A stretch of 64,000 bases of DNA from Harriotta raleighana. Its lineage: Eukaryota. The DNA lies in contig JBNZDD010013689.1 of NCBI GenBank assembly GCA_050575255.1, positions 948,841 through 1,012,840 on the forward strand, read 5' to 3'. The notes under the pieces are model-generated. The model did no database searches and was not told the DNA's origin. It was given only the letters and a program-made list of their open reading frames with translations. Below are positions 52,689-64,000 of the stretch, piece after piece; positions within the stretch are counted from its first letter, which is position 1; the number at the start of each line of letters is the position of its first letter. A program made the position numbers and the translations under genes.

Positions 52689-52921
52689 AAAACACAAAAT
52701 ACTGCAGATGCTGGAAATCTGAAACAAAAACAGAAATCACTAGGCACACTCAGCTGGTCAGGCAGCATCTATGGAGAAAGGAAAGTGAGTCAATGTTTCG
52801 GATTCACGATCCTTCGTCAGAACATGTGACAAAGGGTTGTGGACCAGAAACGTTGACTCACTTTCCTTTCTCCATAGATGCTGCCTGACTAGCTGAGTAT
52901 TCCCAGCGATTTCTGTTTTCG
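52689..52921. mobile_element. Palindromic (hairpin) non-autonomous element, copy 1
   Basis: caggcagcatctatggagaaaggaaagtgagtcaa ... ttgactcactttcctttctccatagatgctgcctg long inverted arms. Confidence 0.8.
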
Positions 52922-53796
52922 TTATTAACAACCCTTGCATTTGATGTGGTGCTTTATCACATCGTTGAGGCGTCTCAAAAGCGCTTCATAGAATATACAG
53001 TACTGTAAAGTGAATTGACTGTATATTTTTATGGGCGAACACCCAATCTTTAAGATAACATTGACAAGAGATTCAAGTAGGCGTCTGTTCGGAACATCGA
53101 CCACTTTGAGATCAAAGTTTCCTCCCGGCAATGAGGTAGAAACCTTGGTATTAGAACAGGATTCTTCTGTTTCAGTGACATGGTAAACCATACAGTTACT
53201 GGAATCGTTCAGGAAGTGTGATCGTTTTCAGGATTAACAAGTGTTTCCAAGTTTAAAACCGCCAGATTGCATGATGAACTCCACACGTGAAAGCGGTTTG
53301 TGTGATCAATTCCAGACCAATTAAGCAGCAAAGCCACAAAGCAGCTTTTGTTCATCGTAAATGCATTTGGAATGCTGTTCCCAACCCAAAAAGGGCAGGT
53401 GTGACAGAAAGTAACAAAATGTGTAGCTTGTATGTTTCTTCCAGTAATTTAACATATTTGCTACTACACCGCAATGTGCACTGCATGATATCAAGCCCCC
53501 AGTCTCGAGAAACTGATCATTTAGTCAATGTTATTGGGTAGTATTATCAAAGTCAGCCATTTGAAATAGGGCTCATACTTTAAAGCACTCACAAATGTTA
53601 CTTAACCCTCTGGTGACTTTTATAGCAGTGGATTTTCTAAGTACTGTGTCTTTAGAAATCAACAATTATTAAGATATTGTACCTGAAAAAGCTAAAAGGA
53701 TTATGAAGGGGGAAATTCAAAATTACCGGCAGCTATATTGGTCCATGTGTTGCTGAAAGTACATTTTGATTTAATTATCTACTAATAGAAATGGAG

Positions 53797-53930
53797 GTTG
53801 CTGGGAAAGTAGGTCAGGCAGCATCTATGGAGAGATGTGACTTTCCTCTCTCCATAGATGTTGCCTGACCTGCTGAGTGACTTGTTTTTATTTCAGGTTT
53901 CCAGCATCTGCAGTATTTTGCTTTTTGTTC
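53797..53930. mobile_element. Palindromic element, copy 2 (internally deleted)
   Basis: ggtcaggcagcatctatggagaga...tctctccatagatgttgcctgacc. Confidence 0.75.
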
Positions 53931-54077
53931 AATTTACTTACTTGCAATCCTGTAATTGAGATACATTTTATTTCTACTGTGTCACCATCAGAACTCATTA
54001 GGCACTGAACTGCTTTTATATCTCTGCAATTTGTACAATCATTAAAAAAATTCAGCATAGAAGGTCATTCAGCCCAT

Positions 54078-54330
54078 TTTGGAACTCCATCCCCCAGTGC
54101 CTTCACCTCGCTTCCTCCCTTTCCTCTTTCAAGGCCGGACTCAAGACCTTTCTCTTCGACCGTGCCTTCAACGCCCCTCTCGAGTCTCTACCCCCTCCTT
54201 GCTCCCACCCTTCCCCCCCTCGCCCTGAACATTTTCCCTTGCTCGGGTTCTGAACCAATCTGTCCAGCGCCTTGGGACGTCCTCCTGACGTGAAACGCGC
54301 TCTATAAGTGTAATTTTGTTGTTGTTGTTG
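54078..54330 (+). mobile_element. L2 LINE extreme 3' end with (GTT)n tail
   Basis: tggaactccatcccc...ctcaagacctttctcttc...cagcgccttgggacgtcctcctgacgtgaaacgcgctctata(gtt)n; related copy at 54688-54922. Confidence 0.8.
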
Positions 54331-55232
54331 TTTGTCTGTGCTGTGCTGGTTCCCCATTCACTGCTCTCTCCTCATAGCCTTTTATATCTGCAATAGAATC
54401 ATAGAATTTTAGCACAAGGCACTTTAAAATTTATTGACTAGGATGAGGTGATGAGAGGTGACCTATTTCCTGATTATGAAAGGAAACTAAGATGAAAGGA
54501 ATATGGAGCACATTGGCAGGGCCATTAAGTCCTTTTGATATTTGAATACCATCTCTCATCAGAGTAGGACCTTGGATAAACCAAGCCTCTCAAAGGTTCG
54601 TCCATCGCTGAAGTGCCCTACTAGTGAGATGTTGTGCTGAACTAATGAGATGTGACCAGAAGTTATTTTCCCATTTTCACCATTGGCTGGTAAGCCTTTA
54701 GCTACTTTGCGCCGAACCTCTGGAACTTCATCCCGCAGTCCCTCCACCTCGCCCCCTCCCTGCCTCCTTCATGTCCGGCCTCAAGACCCTCTTCTTCGAG
54801 GTTCCCATCGGTCACTCCAAATCCCCACCTTTCCCTCCACCCTCCCTGTACCCAGCTCGGGTCTGAAACAATGTCTGTCCAACCCCTCGGACGTGAAAGG
54901 CGCTATACAATGTCATTTTGCAGTAATGAACAGGCTGCTGCTCAGTCCTATTAAGACACCCAATTCACACGATTGTATCCATTCTCGTTTTTATTGCGTC
55001 AAGTGTAGCACATCACACACCCGAATGCAATGCAAGGAAGCTGCATTAACAGTACTTCAACGTACAAACAATTCAGACTCTGGCAAAGGTGTGGTTGTCA
55101 GAATGAACAGGTTCCAAAGGGGAAATCTACACAGATTCACCCGTCTATTTATCGTCCAGCTTAGCATGTCAAGATCCTGTTTTCACGTGTAATTCTACCA
55201 TTCCAATCGGGAAGGAACACTCAAGACTGCCC

Positions 55233-56006
55233 TCAGAACATTTTGAGGACTCGAAAGTGGTTGTTGAGTGAGGGCGGCTGATTCTCAAAGTGAAGTTGGT
55301 CCGTTACGTTTGCGTCGAGCTCCCGAAGGAGACGGACAAATATTTGGTGTTCCTTCCCGATCCAAGCCCTCATGCTGTCCTGCACTTGGTAAGGCGTCAC
55401 GTGGGTTTGCACGGGGATCCCAGTCAGAGCCAACTCTCGCAGGACCTCAGGGCTGGTCACCCAGGTGTTGCTTCCCCCGGCATGACCCCCGTCCAACCAG
55501 TACACTTGGCTGATGGTCTGAATGAAGGCTGCCAGTTCCTCGTCCTGCCGAGCTTGGCCCAGCTCATGCAGGAGCTGGTTGAGAACCACGCAGCCTTTAC
55601 TGAACCCGATCAGGATCGACCTGAGCAGCGCATCGCCGTCTTTCTCACACTCTCTCCCGGTGTCCGTCCCGCTCGGAGCCGCCACCCCGTTTGGGGTGTG
55701 AGCGGACGCTCCTCGGTCGGCCCGCCCCGGGCACAGGAGGCCGACGCTCTGCTTGGCAGCATTGCTCAGCAGCGCACGGAGGTGCCTCAAGGCCCCGTGG
55801 TCCGGGCTGTGCTTGGGCGCACCGAACAGATCGCTCTCCACAAAGTTGTCGAAGCAGCTGAACTTGTGCAGGTGCATGCGCGAAGCCTTCACAATCCAGA
55901 CATGGCTGCCGGGGAATCTCCGCAGAAGCAGGGCTGCCGTATCCTCCAGGCTCCATTGCTGCCAGTGGGCATTCTCTGTGTGGTGGGACATCAACTCCCG
56001 GTAATT
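55233..56006 (-). CDS. C2orf69: C2orf69 (UPF0565, mitochondrial esterase-like protein) exon 2
   Basis: ttgtag|AAT; NYRELMSHH.EN..WQQWSLE...RMHLHKFSCFDNFV...LIGFSKGCVVLNQLL.EL...YWLDGGHAGGSNTWVT...HVTPYQV.D.MR.WIGKEH...NHFRVLKMF*. Confidence 0.95.
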   Translation of the reverse strand, partial: NYRELMSHHTENAHWQQWSLEDTAALLLRRFPGSHVWIVKASRMHLHKFSCFDNFVESDLFGAPKHSPDHGALRHLRALLSNAAKQSVGLLCPGRADRGASAHTPNGVAAPSGTDTGRECEKDGDALLRSILIGFSKGCVVLNQLLHELGQARQDEELAAFIQTISQVYWLDGGHAGGSNTWVTSPEVLRELALTGIPVQTHVTPYQVQDSMRAWIGKEHQIFVRLLRELDANVTDQLHFENQPPSLNNHFRVLKMF

Positions 56007-56559
56007 CTACAAACAACAAGACACCGATAAGCAGAATGGCCAGAAATTAAAATACCTTTTGCAGCCCAAAGTCCACTAAATGTTAGCCACAAAGGTACGT
56101 AATAATAATAATAATAATAATAATAATNNNNNNNNNNNNNNNNNNNNNNNNNNNNNNNNNNNNNNNNNNNNNNNNNNNNNNNNNNNNNNNNNNNNNNNNN
56201 NNNNNNNNNNNNNNNNNNNNNNNNNNNNNNNNNNNNCTCTCTCTCTCTCCATCAGAGTCCCAAAGACATGATAAGGCCGTATATCAAATTTAAGGATTAT
56301 TATTATTATTATTATTATTATTATCATCATCATCATCACAACGTTTCTCGCATTCAGCTTTCGGGCTGGGAGGCAACATCAAAATAATCACAATAATATA
56401 CAGCCTTCCTCTGCCATCAACAAATCATAGAGAATACAATGAAATAATACTGTAGTTCATCGCAAACTACACATCCCAAATCCACCCACAATTGCGCACA
56501 CCTAGAGATTGCAAAAGTCAAAATCTAGAGACTGCATGTGCTGTAATACAGATTCTGTG

Positions 56560-57510
56560 GGAAGTATATCTATAATAATAACAGTAACAATACTATAAGA
56601 ACAACAGCTATTGTTGTAATAATAACACAACAATAGTGATAAAAGTAACATGAATAATGGTAATATCAGTAATATTATTAATAACAAACTCAAAAGCGTG
56701 AATAATAATTTTTAAAATTACATCTCCAGAGCTGCTTTCACGTTGAGAGGATGTCCCAAGGAGCTGAATATTAATAATAATGTGAATAATAGTAATAATA
56801 AGCAATTCAATAACAAGTGTTATTAGTAATAAGAATTAAGAATCAGATCAATAATTACAATGCTAGCATGAATTAGCATATTAATAGTTATATTCATAAT
56901 AATCATATCAACAACAATAGTGCTGATAGTACTCACTAGTAGTAATAATAATGTGAATAATAGTAATAAGCATATTGTTAATAAGTTGTTAGTAATAAGA
57001 ATATTAATAATCACATCAATAATAACAACGCTAGTACAAATTACAATATTAATAGTTATATTAATATCAATAATAATAGCACTAATAGTGCTAATTAGTA
57101 ATAATCATGTGAATATTGGTAATAATAATCACATCAATAATAACAATGATAATACGAATGAGATATTACTAATAATCATATCAATAATGGTACTAATTAG
57201 TAATAATAATGTGAAAAATAGTAAGAAGAAGCATATCAATAATCACAGCATTAGTCCCAAGAATATTAATAATCACATCAATAATTACAATGTTAGCACG
57301 AATGAGCGTATTAAGTTATATTAAGAATAATCATATGAACAACAATAGTACTAATGGTACTCATTAGTAATAATAATGTGAATAATAGTAATAAGCGTAT
57401 TGTTAATGAGTTATTAGTAATAAGAATATTAATAATCACATCAATAACAATGCTAGCACGAATGAGCATATTAAGTTATATTAATAATATCAATATTAAT
57501 AGTACTACTG
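56560..57510. repeat. AAT-rich degenerate tandem/low-complexity region in the C2orf69 intron
   Basis: Recurrent aataataatgtgaataatagtaataagc units. Confidence 0.85.
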
Positions 57511-57525
57511 ATGATGAAGCCACAC

Positions 57526-57940
57526 AGTGAGTGTTAGTGTGAGTGTGTGTGAGTGTGTGAGTGTGAGTATGAGTGTGTGTGCGAGTGTGTAAGTGTGTGT
57601 GTGTGAGTTTGTGAGCGAATGAGTGAGTGTGTATGAGTGTGTGAGTGAGTGTGTGTGTGTGAGTTTGAATGAGTGTATATGTGAGTGAGTGTGTGTGAGT
57701 GTGAGTGAGTATGTGTGTGAGTGTGANTGTGTGTGTGTGTGTGTGAGTGTGTGTGTTTGAATGAGTGTATATGTGAGTGAGTGTGTGTGAGTGTGAGTAT
57801 GTGTGTGTGCGAATGAGTGTGTGTGTAAGTGTGTGTGTTTGAATGAGTGTATATGTGAGTGAGTGTGTGTGAGTATGTGTGTGAGTGTGAGTGCGAATGA
57901 GTGAGTGTGTGTGTAAGTGTGTGAAAGTGAGTGAGTGTGT
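57526..57940. repeat. (GT/GAGT)n microsatellite
   Basis: Directly visible. Confidence 0.95.
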
Positions 57941-57974
57941 GCTCTGCAGTGAGAGCTGCAGTGAGAGCTCAGAC

Positions 57975-58160
57975 CTGCACATCTCCTGGGAAGTAGATGA
58001 CTTGCTGTGTGTCCGCGGGCCGCCCTCCCCCTCCGCTCACACCCAGCAGCAGGTCATTCCTCCTGCCCGGCTCTCGGCCCGACACCCCGCTCAGCCTGAA
58101 CACCTCAAGCCCGGGCTCTCGCCACAAGCAACTGGGAGGCTCCCAACCGGGCCTAGTCAT
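57975..58160 (-). CDS. C2orf69: C2orf69 exon 1
   Basis: GCGGCCATG start; ...RRNDLLL...QQVIYFPGDVQ|gtctga, phase 0; the YFPGDVQ/NY junction is conserved in C2orf69. The start codon is less certain. Confidence 0.88.
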
Positions 58161-58500
58161 GGCCGCGGGGACAGGAACAAAGAGACAACACCAGACGGCT
58201 CCAACTGGGGACCCTCCCGATCGCTAACAAACCCCCCCTCGCCGGGCAACAGCGACCCCCAGCGGCCGCCGCCCACCACTGCAGGTCAGTGCAAGGGTAG
58301 TGCAGGGAGGGGATGGGGCAGGGGGATGGAGGAAGGGGGTGGTGGGGGAATGATACAATACATAACTCAGCAAAGACAAACCCAACATTATTAATAAGAA
58401 TAATCCTGGCATTGGATATCGCATTGTCAACACATCTTATAAGCGCTTCACACGCTGTAAATAATTATAATAATAATGATAATTAACAATAATCCTTGCA

Positions 58501-58712
58501 AACAAACACAGAAGTTGCTGGGGCAAACGCGGCAGGTCAGGCAGCATCCATGGAGAGCGGAGAGCGAGTCAACGTTTCGGGTCCACGACCCTTCGTTAGA
58601 AGTCGTTGACTCGCTTTCCTTTCTCCATGGATGCTGCCTGAGCTGCTGAGTCTCCCCCAGCAACTTCTGTTTTTGTTTGAGATTCACAGCATCTGTGTTT
58701 GTGTTTTGTTTA
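58501..58712. mobile_element. Palindromic element, copy 3, inserted in a SINE tail
   Basis: Inverted arms aacacagaagttgctggg...caggcagcatccatggaga / tctccatggatgctgcctg...ccagcaacttctgtttttg, flanked by direct repeats aataatccttgca. Confidence 0.8.
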
Positions 58713-58935
58713 TAATAATCCTTGCATTTGATATAGTGCTTTTCACACCTCCTAGACGTCTCAAAGCGCTTCACAGAATATACTGTCAAGTGAATTAGCT
58801 GTACATTTTGAGGAGGAAACGCGGCAGCCAATTGCACACACAGCAGTGTGGATTGAAATGACCAATTTATTATTGTTCTTTTTTCAGGGATTATTATCAG
58901 AAAGGAAACTTGCCCAAGGTTTCACCCTGCCTGAA
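58713..58935 (-). mobile_element. Deu-domain SINE copy
   Basis: Reverse complement of the family tail and core, through aggaaacttgcccaagg. Confidence 0.85.
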
Positions 58936-61227
58936 ATGGATTGATAAAGTGTATTTCCTACACGAAACCTGACAACCAGTTTGCACACAGCAACGTCCCA
59001 CAAACAGCCATGGAGCAAGCAATTTTACTTGGGGGATTGTTTGGAAATCCATCCCATATTCCCTTCGCCTTCCCTTTTCTTCACCCATACCTTCAGCTAC
59101 CCTCCCACTCTCTCCGCCCTCCACCCTCCTTGATCCATACCACAACACACCCCATTCCACGCCTTAACCCCACCAGCTGAATGTCTGCCCAGTGTCTTGG
59201 GACATCCTCCCGATGTAAAAGGTGCTCAGTGTGTGCTGCATTGCTTGACTGGCATTCCTTCAGATGAGACATTGAGCCAAGGTTTGGGCTGCCTGTTTAG
59301 GTGTCTGTCAACCCTCCCATGGTCATCTTGCTGGTTTTCTGACTCATCTTCTGTCACCCAAATTGAGCAGAAATGGGATGAATTGGTTGCTTCTCGTGTT
59401 ATTGGGTGTCTAGTAGATGTGAAATGCGCTATATTATTGTTTGTGGAACAATTGTGTTGCAAATTAGGAGTCTATATTGTAACAGTCACTATATTCAAAA
59501 GGAACTAATTTGTAGAAACCATTTGAAAGTTACGACATGCTATCAATTGCCAAAGTACTATTTATTATTATAATTATTCTTAGTGATTCCGGGCAAGAGG
59601 GAAATAAATCGAGGGTTCCTATTCCTAATAATGTTGTCTCAGGTGTGGACAGGATCATGCCCAACTACAATTACCCCCAGGCCTGATTAGTCAAATCGTC
59701 TGCCATTAGTCAAAAATGTAATTTCCAATGGGATGGGGGATGGCAACTTGTATCCAAAGAACCATAACTTAGTAACATTAGACATTTATAAGGAGGAGCG
59801 GGGAAGCCGTTACGCACAGGGCAATCAGTTTTAAAATATACCTTAGTCTGAAAAAGGAACGCAAATTAAAGACAGGAGCTTACCATCAGGACTCTTTTGT
59901 CAAACATCAGACAAGTTCAAAGAGCCATCATTATCATTAATATTCCTTTGCTTCGCTCTGACTATTTTGGGTTCAAACCACAATGGGGTTAAAGGAGTAG
60001 TGCACTTGAGAGGAGGAGCCATATAAATGTGACAGTGTTGAAGCTGTGCTTTTAGGACTTAAATCTTGGAAGGTTATAATTTTTGTGATGGGTACACAAT
60101 TTGTCAGTAATGCTGCTAGTAATTTAACTCGAGGATTTATTTTACAGCAACCTAGTAATGTTCGAAATATTCCTGCAGCAAAATGCTGCTACCGATCGAA
60201 AATGACTGGAACTATGAATTTCACATCTGGAATTAAATATAGTGTCTTCTTCTCAAATAGTAAGGTATGATTGAGCAGCAATAATAAACGTTCCCATACT
60301 GTACCATAGCATTAAATTCATTTAAGGTCTTCAGCTTGCTCCTGGGCTTTAATCCGCCCAGCTAAGCATGGTCGCCATAACATTGCAAGTTGTTTCACGA
60401 ACCAGACAAGGTTGGTTTTAACAAAACAAACTGCATCCAACACCAGACAAATGGCAAAAGATCATCCCGATATCTGTTCGGGTAAATGTGAAAACAGAAA
60501 TGAATGCCCTCTTTTTAATTCTGTACACACTCGGAGCAAATAAACGCCCTTTCTCCATGTTACCGTCGTTGGTGGAATCAGCAGGGTGCTCCAAACTCCA
60601 GTCATTTGTACAGAACTCGTTTCATATTGCTCTGATTGATTGACCTACAGAGAGGTGCTGTGCATGTGTGGCAGGAGGGAAACTGCTCTCACCAGTTTTT
60701 TCTTCCTCCCACAGATCGGCCAAGACTGGAGAGACACTCTAACCATAGGATGTTCAAATGCAAATATAAATCAGTACAATTTAGGGATTTGAGTTTGTTT
60801 CTCACGATCAAGAATTCAATCCACTACTATTGCAATGACTAAATTAACCCTAGTAAAAACATTTTGTATAAATTCTAGCTTTTTTTAAAACACGTAACAA
60901 ATTTATTGACAGTATTAATCCTTATTCCTTACTATAAAATGATGTTTATTCCTTAAATAAACATGTTTCCTTCTCACCCTATGGTTTTACTCCACTTTCC
61001 ATTATCTTTTATTTTCTCTCTCTACACTTCATATGATTCACTGTAAAGTGCAGTGACTATTTTCTTTGATGTGTGGTTATGCAAACAGAACCAAACCCAA
61101 TCTCCAGCTCATTGAGAAAATTGGATCACAGGGAGTCTCGACATAGTGTTTTAATAGCAGTTCATTCACCATTGTAGAACTACACACAGTTCTCAACATT
61201 ATAACAATAAGGGCACCTAGATATAAT

Positions 61228-61488
61228 AGTAATAATAATAATCTTTGTATTTTATATAGCGTTTTTCAAGTCTTCTAGACGTTTCAAAGCACTTCAGAGA
61301 ATATGTTGCAAAGTGAATTAACTGTCTATATACAGTATATGTATATTGTTTTTATATTGTTTTTATTTGAGGGATTATTATCAGGCATTTGGCGTAAGGA
61401 AACTTTCCCTAGGTTTCGCCCTGTCTGGAATTGAACCCATGTCTTTCGCTAGTAAGGCGAGTGCTCTAACCATTGAGCTACAGGACTT
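61228..61488 (-). mobile_element. Deu-domain tRNA-SINE copy
   Basis: Tail plus tRNA head (gtgctctaaccattgagctacagga). Confidence 0.8.
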
Positions 61489-62519
61489 CAGATCCCACAG
61501 GAAGTGCATGTAGCTGATCCCCAGTTTTAGAGGTTTGAGCTATGAGGAACAGCTAGAATTTCATTAACAGCTAGATAGGTTACTGGGAAGCTTGGGTAGA
61601 GGCCAGGACACTGGGTCTATTTAAGAAATATCAGGTTGGCCACAGTGGTAAAGAGGGTTGGTTGGGTAATCTGCAAGGACTGTTTGTGGGGGACGCTGCT
61701 GTGCGCAATTGGCTGCGTTTTGCCCACAAATATACANTCGATTCCTGGATCATTTTCTTTGATACTTGACAGTATATTCTGTGAAGGGCTTTGAGACGTC
61801 GATAAGATGTGAAAAGCGCTAGCTCAAATGCAAGGAGTATTATTATTATTATTATCAGCTGAAATGGGCCAAAAGGCTTTCTTCAACTGAACATCTTGTG
61901 ATCCTGAACTGCTGGTGAATGTGCCAATGCACTAACACATCCATTAGTAATAATATAACAATAATATTTTGTCAGATTACAGCAAGAGAGATGATGCATC
62001 ATTTTATGATACACTGTAAACCATAGGAAACTATATAGGGTAATGTTTAAATTCTATATTTCACCAATCGCAATGACATGTTCATTTTCTTTGATCCTGC
62101 TATTAAGTCACCTTTTTTTGCAAGATAAAACAACACAATATTTGAACTGTACAGCTGCTGAAAATAAAAATAAACACTTTGATTTAAATGAAGTCGGTTT
62201 GTTTGATGGCTTAACCTAACTGTGGATTTCAGTTGGTAGGCAAAAAACAATTAGATTGAAACACAATACAACATTTACATCTGCACCTCAGGGATACTTT
62301 GAAAGAATAATTTCAAGGTCCGTTATTTATTTATCTATGTATTTATTTTTCTTGGAGCGACATGGAGGTTTCAACCCCTGCTTCGTATGCCTTTCCAACT
62401 CAAAACAATTCCTATGATGGAATTAAATATTTGGGGTCATTTGGATAAACATTTGTGTCTCACTCAGCACTTTGTGATTTCAATCTCACAGCTAAACAAA
62501 ATCAATCAATCAATAATAA

Positions 62520-63045
62520 TAATTTGGTTACTCAATCCACGACTGTTTGTGGGATACTGCTGTGGCTGCATTGGCTGCTATGTTTTGCCCATAAATATAT
62601 AATATATAATATAATAAACATTGCATTTGATGCAATGCTTTTTCACGTCTTCTAGATATCTCAAAGCGCTTCACAGAATATACTGTAAAGTGAATTGACT
62701 GTATATTTGTGGGAGAACTATGGAAGCTAACTCCGCCCAGCAGTGTCCCACAAACAGTCGTGGATTGAAATGACCAACTTTATTATTGTGTTCTTTTTTT
62801 GGAGGGATTAGTATTATTATTGGGCATGCGGAGTAAGGAAACTTGTCCAAGGTTTCGCCCTGACCTGCCTGGATTCGAACACACGTCCCACAACTGTTTG
62901 TGGCGACACTACTGTGTGTGCAATGGGCTGCCTTGTGTCTCCCAGAAACATACAGTACAGTCAATTCACTTTACAGTACTCTATCTTCTGTGAGATGTCT
63001 TGAAGACGTGAAAACTGCTATATCAAATGCAAGGATTATTTTTTT
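62520..63045. mobile_element. Cluster of three SINE fragments in alternating orientation
   Basis: Plus 62520-62600, minus 62620-62885, plus 62890-63045; each matches the family core. Confidence 0.8.
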
Positions 63046-63427
63046 TTACCAGACGGGGGAGCAGTTTGGTACATTTTGTGCTGTTCTGCTTGCCTTATCC
63101 TGGAGGCCTGTGTTCTGTGCGATTAAAGGTCCAAAGATCACAACCATTTGAGTCCTGGTAAGCGATCAGCCTCCCCGAATGTATAGGTCAAACACCTACG
63201 AACTCCGCGTTGCGGGCAGCAGAGTGGTCACTAATGTGTGGGGTAATCCGCATCTATCCAGGGCTGTTCAATCTGGCAACAACACTAACAACAAAACCAC
63301 ATCGCTTCACATGAAACACAAGAGAATCAATATAAAGTCACCGTACGAGTGGCCCCTCTTTCTTTACGGTAGTTTAGTCGCTGGGCTTTGCTGGTCTGTA
63401 CAGGGCTGTGCTGGGCAATGTAGGGCT

Positions 63428-63466
63428 TGTGTTGTGTTGTGTTGTGTTGTGTTGTGTTGTGTTGTG
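63428..63466. repeat. (TTGTG)n microsatellite
   Basis: Directly visible. Confidence 0.95.
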
Positions 63467-64000
63467 TAATGCAAGCCTAATACAGTCTTGGGTTGCAAAA
63501 TGGTATATTTCTGCCTTCAGTGCATTATCCTGCTTATCTCCCCAAATCAGCAACACAGTTGAAATGATTGTGTAAAGCCCCAAAATGATTCAAAACAAAC
63601 AGTCGATTGAATGAGCACCAGATCCCCCACGTGAGGAGCCATGGCGAGCAGACGTGCTCGGCGTGAAACCAACTGACTCCCGAGGGAGACGTCCATTAAT
63701 CTCACGGCTCTCCCTGAATCCGGGCGTTCCCAGTATCGTCAGTTGAATCTTAAGGAAAACCGCAGCAAGCTGTCGCGGTGTCCGGTACTTTTTTTTAATG
63801 ACATCATTGAATTCCGGAGTTTATTAACTTGATTAACTTTTTAAGCAGGAAACCAAGAACAAAGGGTTTCACAGTCTTCACTGACGCTAATATTAATGAT
63901 GGACTATTTCTTTCCAAAGGTCAATTGTATATTAATCCGGAGATCCTTGTGTACTCAATAACAGTTACCATCCCAAATAATAGTGCTCACATGTCATCAC

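Noticed and set aside
55290-56030. 246-aa plus-strand ORF
   Set aside because: Antisense of C2orf69 exon 2.
56920-57982. Ile/Asn-rich and His/Thr-rich ORFs
   Set aside because: Low-complexity AAT and GT repeats in the C2orf69 intron.

Overview
Vertebrate genomic DNA, most likely a cartilaginous fish (the repeat landscape of Deu-domain tRNA-SINEs, L2/CR1 LINEs and single-N contig joins is consistent with elephant shark; this is an inference). The window is the ortholog of the human 2q33 block: MAIP1/C2orf47 (minus, 5 exons, ~260 aa) head-to-head with TYW5 (plus, 8 exons, ~317 aa), and C2orf69 (minus, 2 exons, ~319 aa). The key surprise lies between TYW5 and C2orf69, where human has no such gene: an intact two-exon prepro-orexin/hypocretin-like gene on the minus strand (47610-47572 + 46735-46322, 150 aa). 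It encodes a signal peptide, one orexin-A-type peptide ([34 protein letters not shown]) and no orexin-B. It is a candidate second HCRT paralog retained from whole-genome duplication. Several N-flanked duplications, including MAIP1 exons 2, 3 and 5, look like assembly artefacts. Other observations are a palindromic element inserted twice at the same SINE nucleotide, a 94-bp insertion with 21-bp direct repeats, and inverted pogo-like MITEs in a TYW5 intron.
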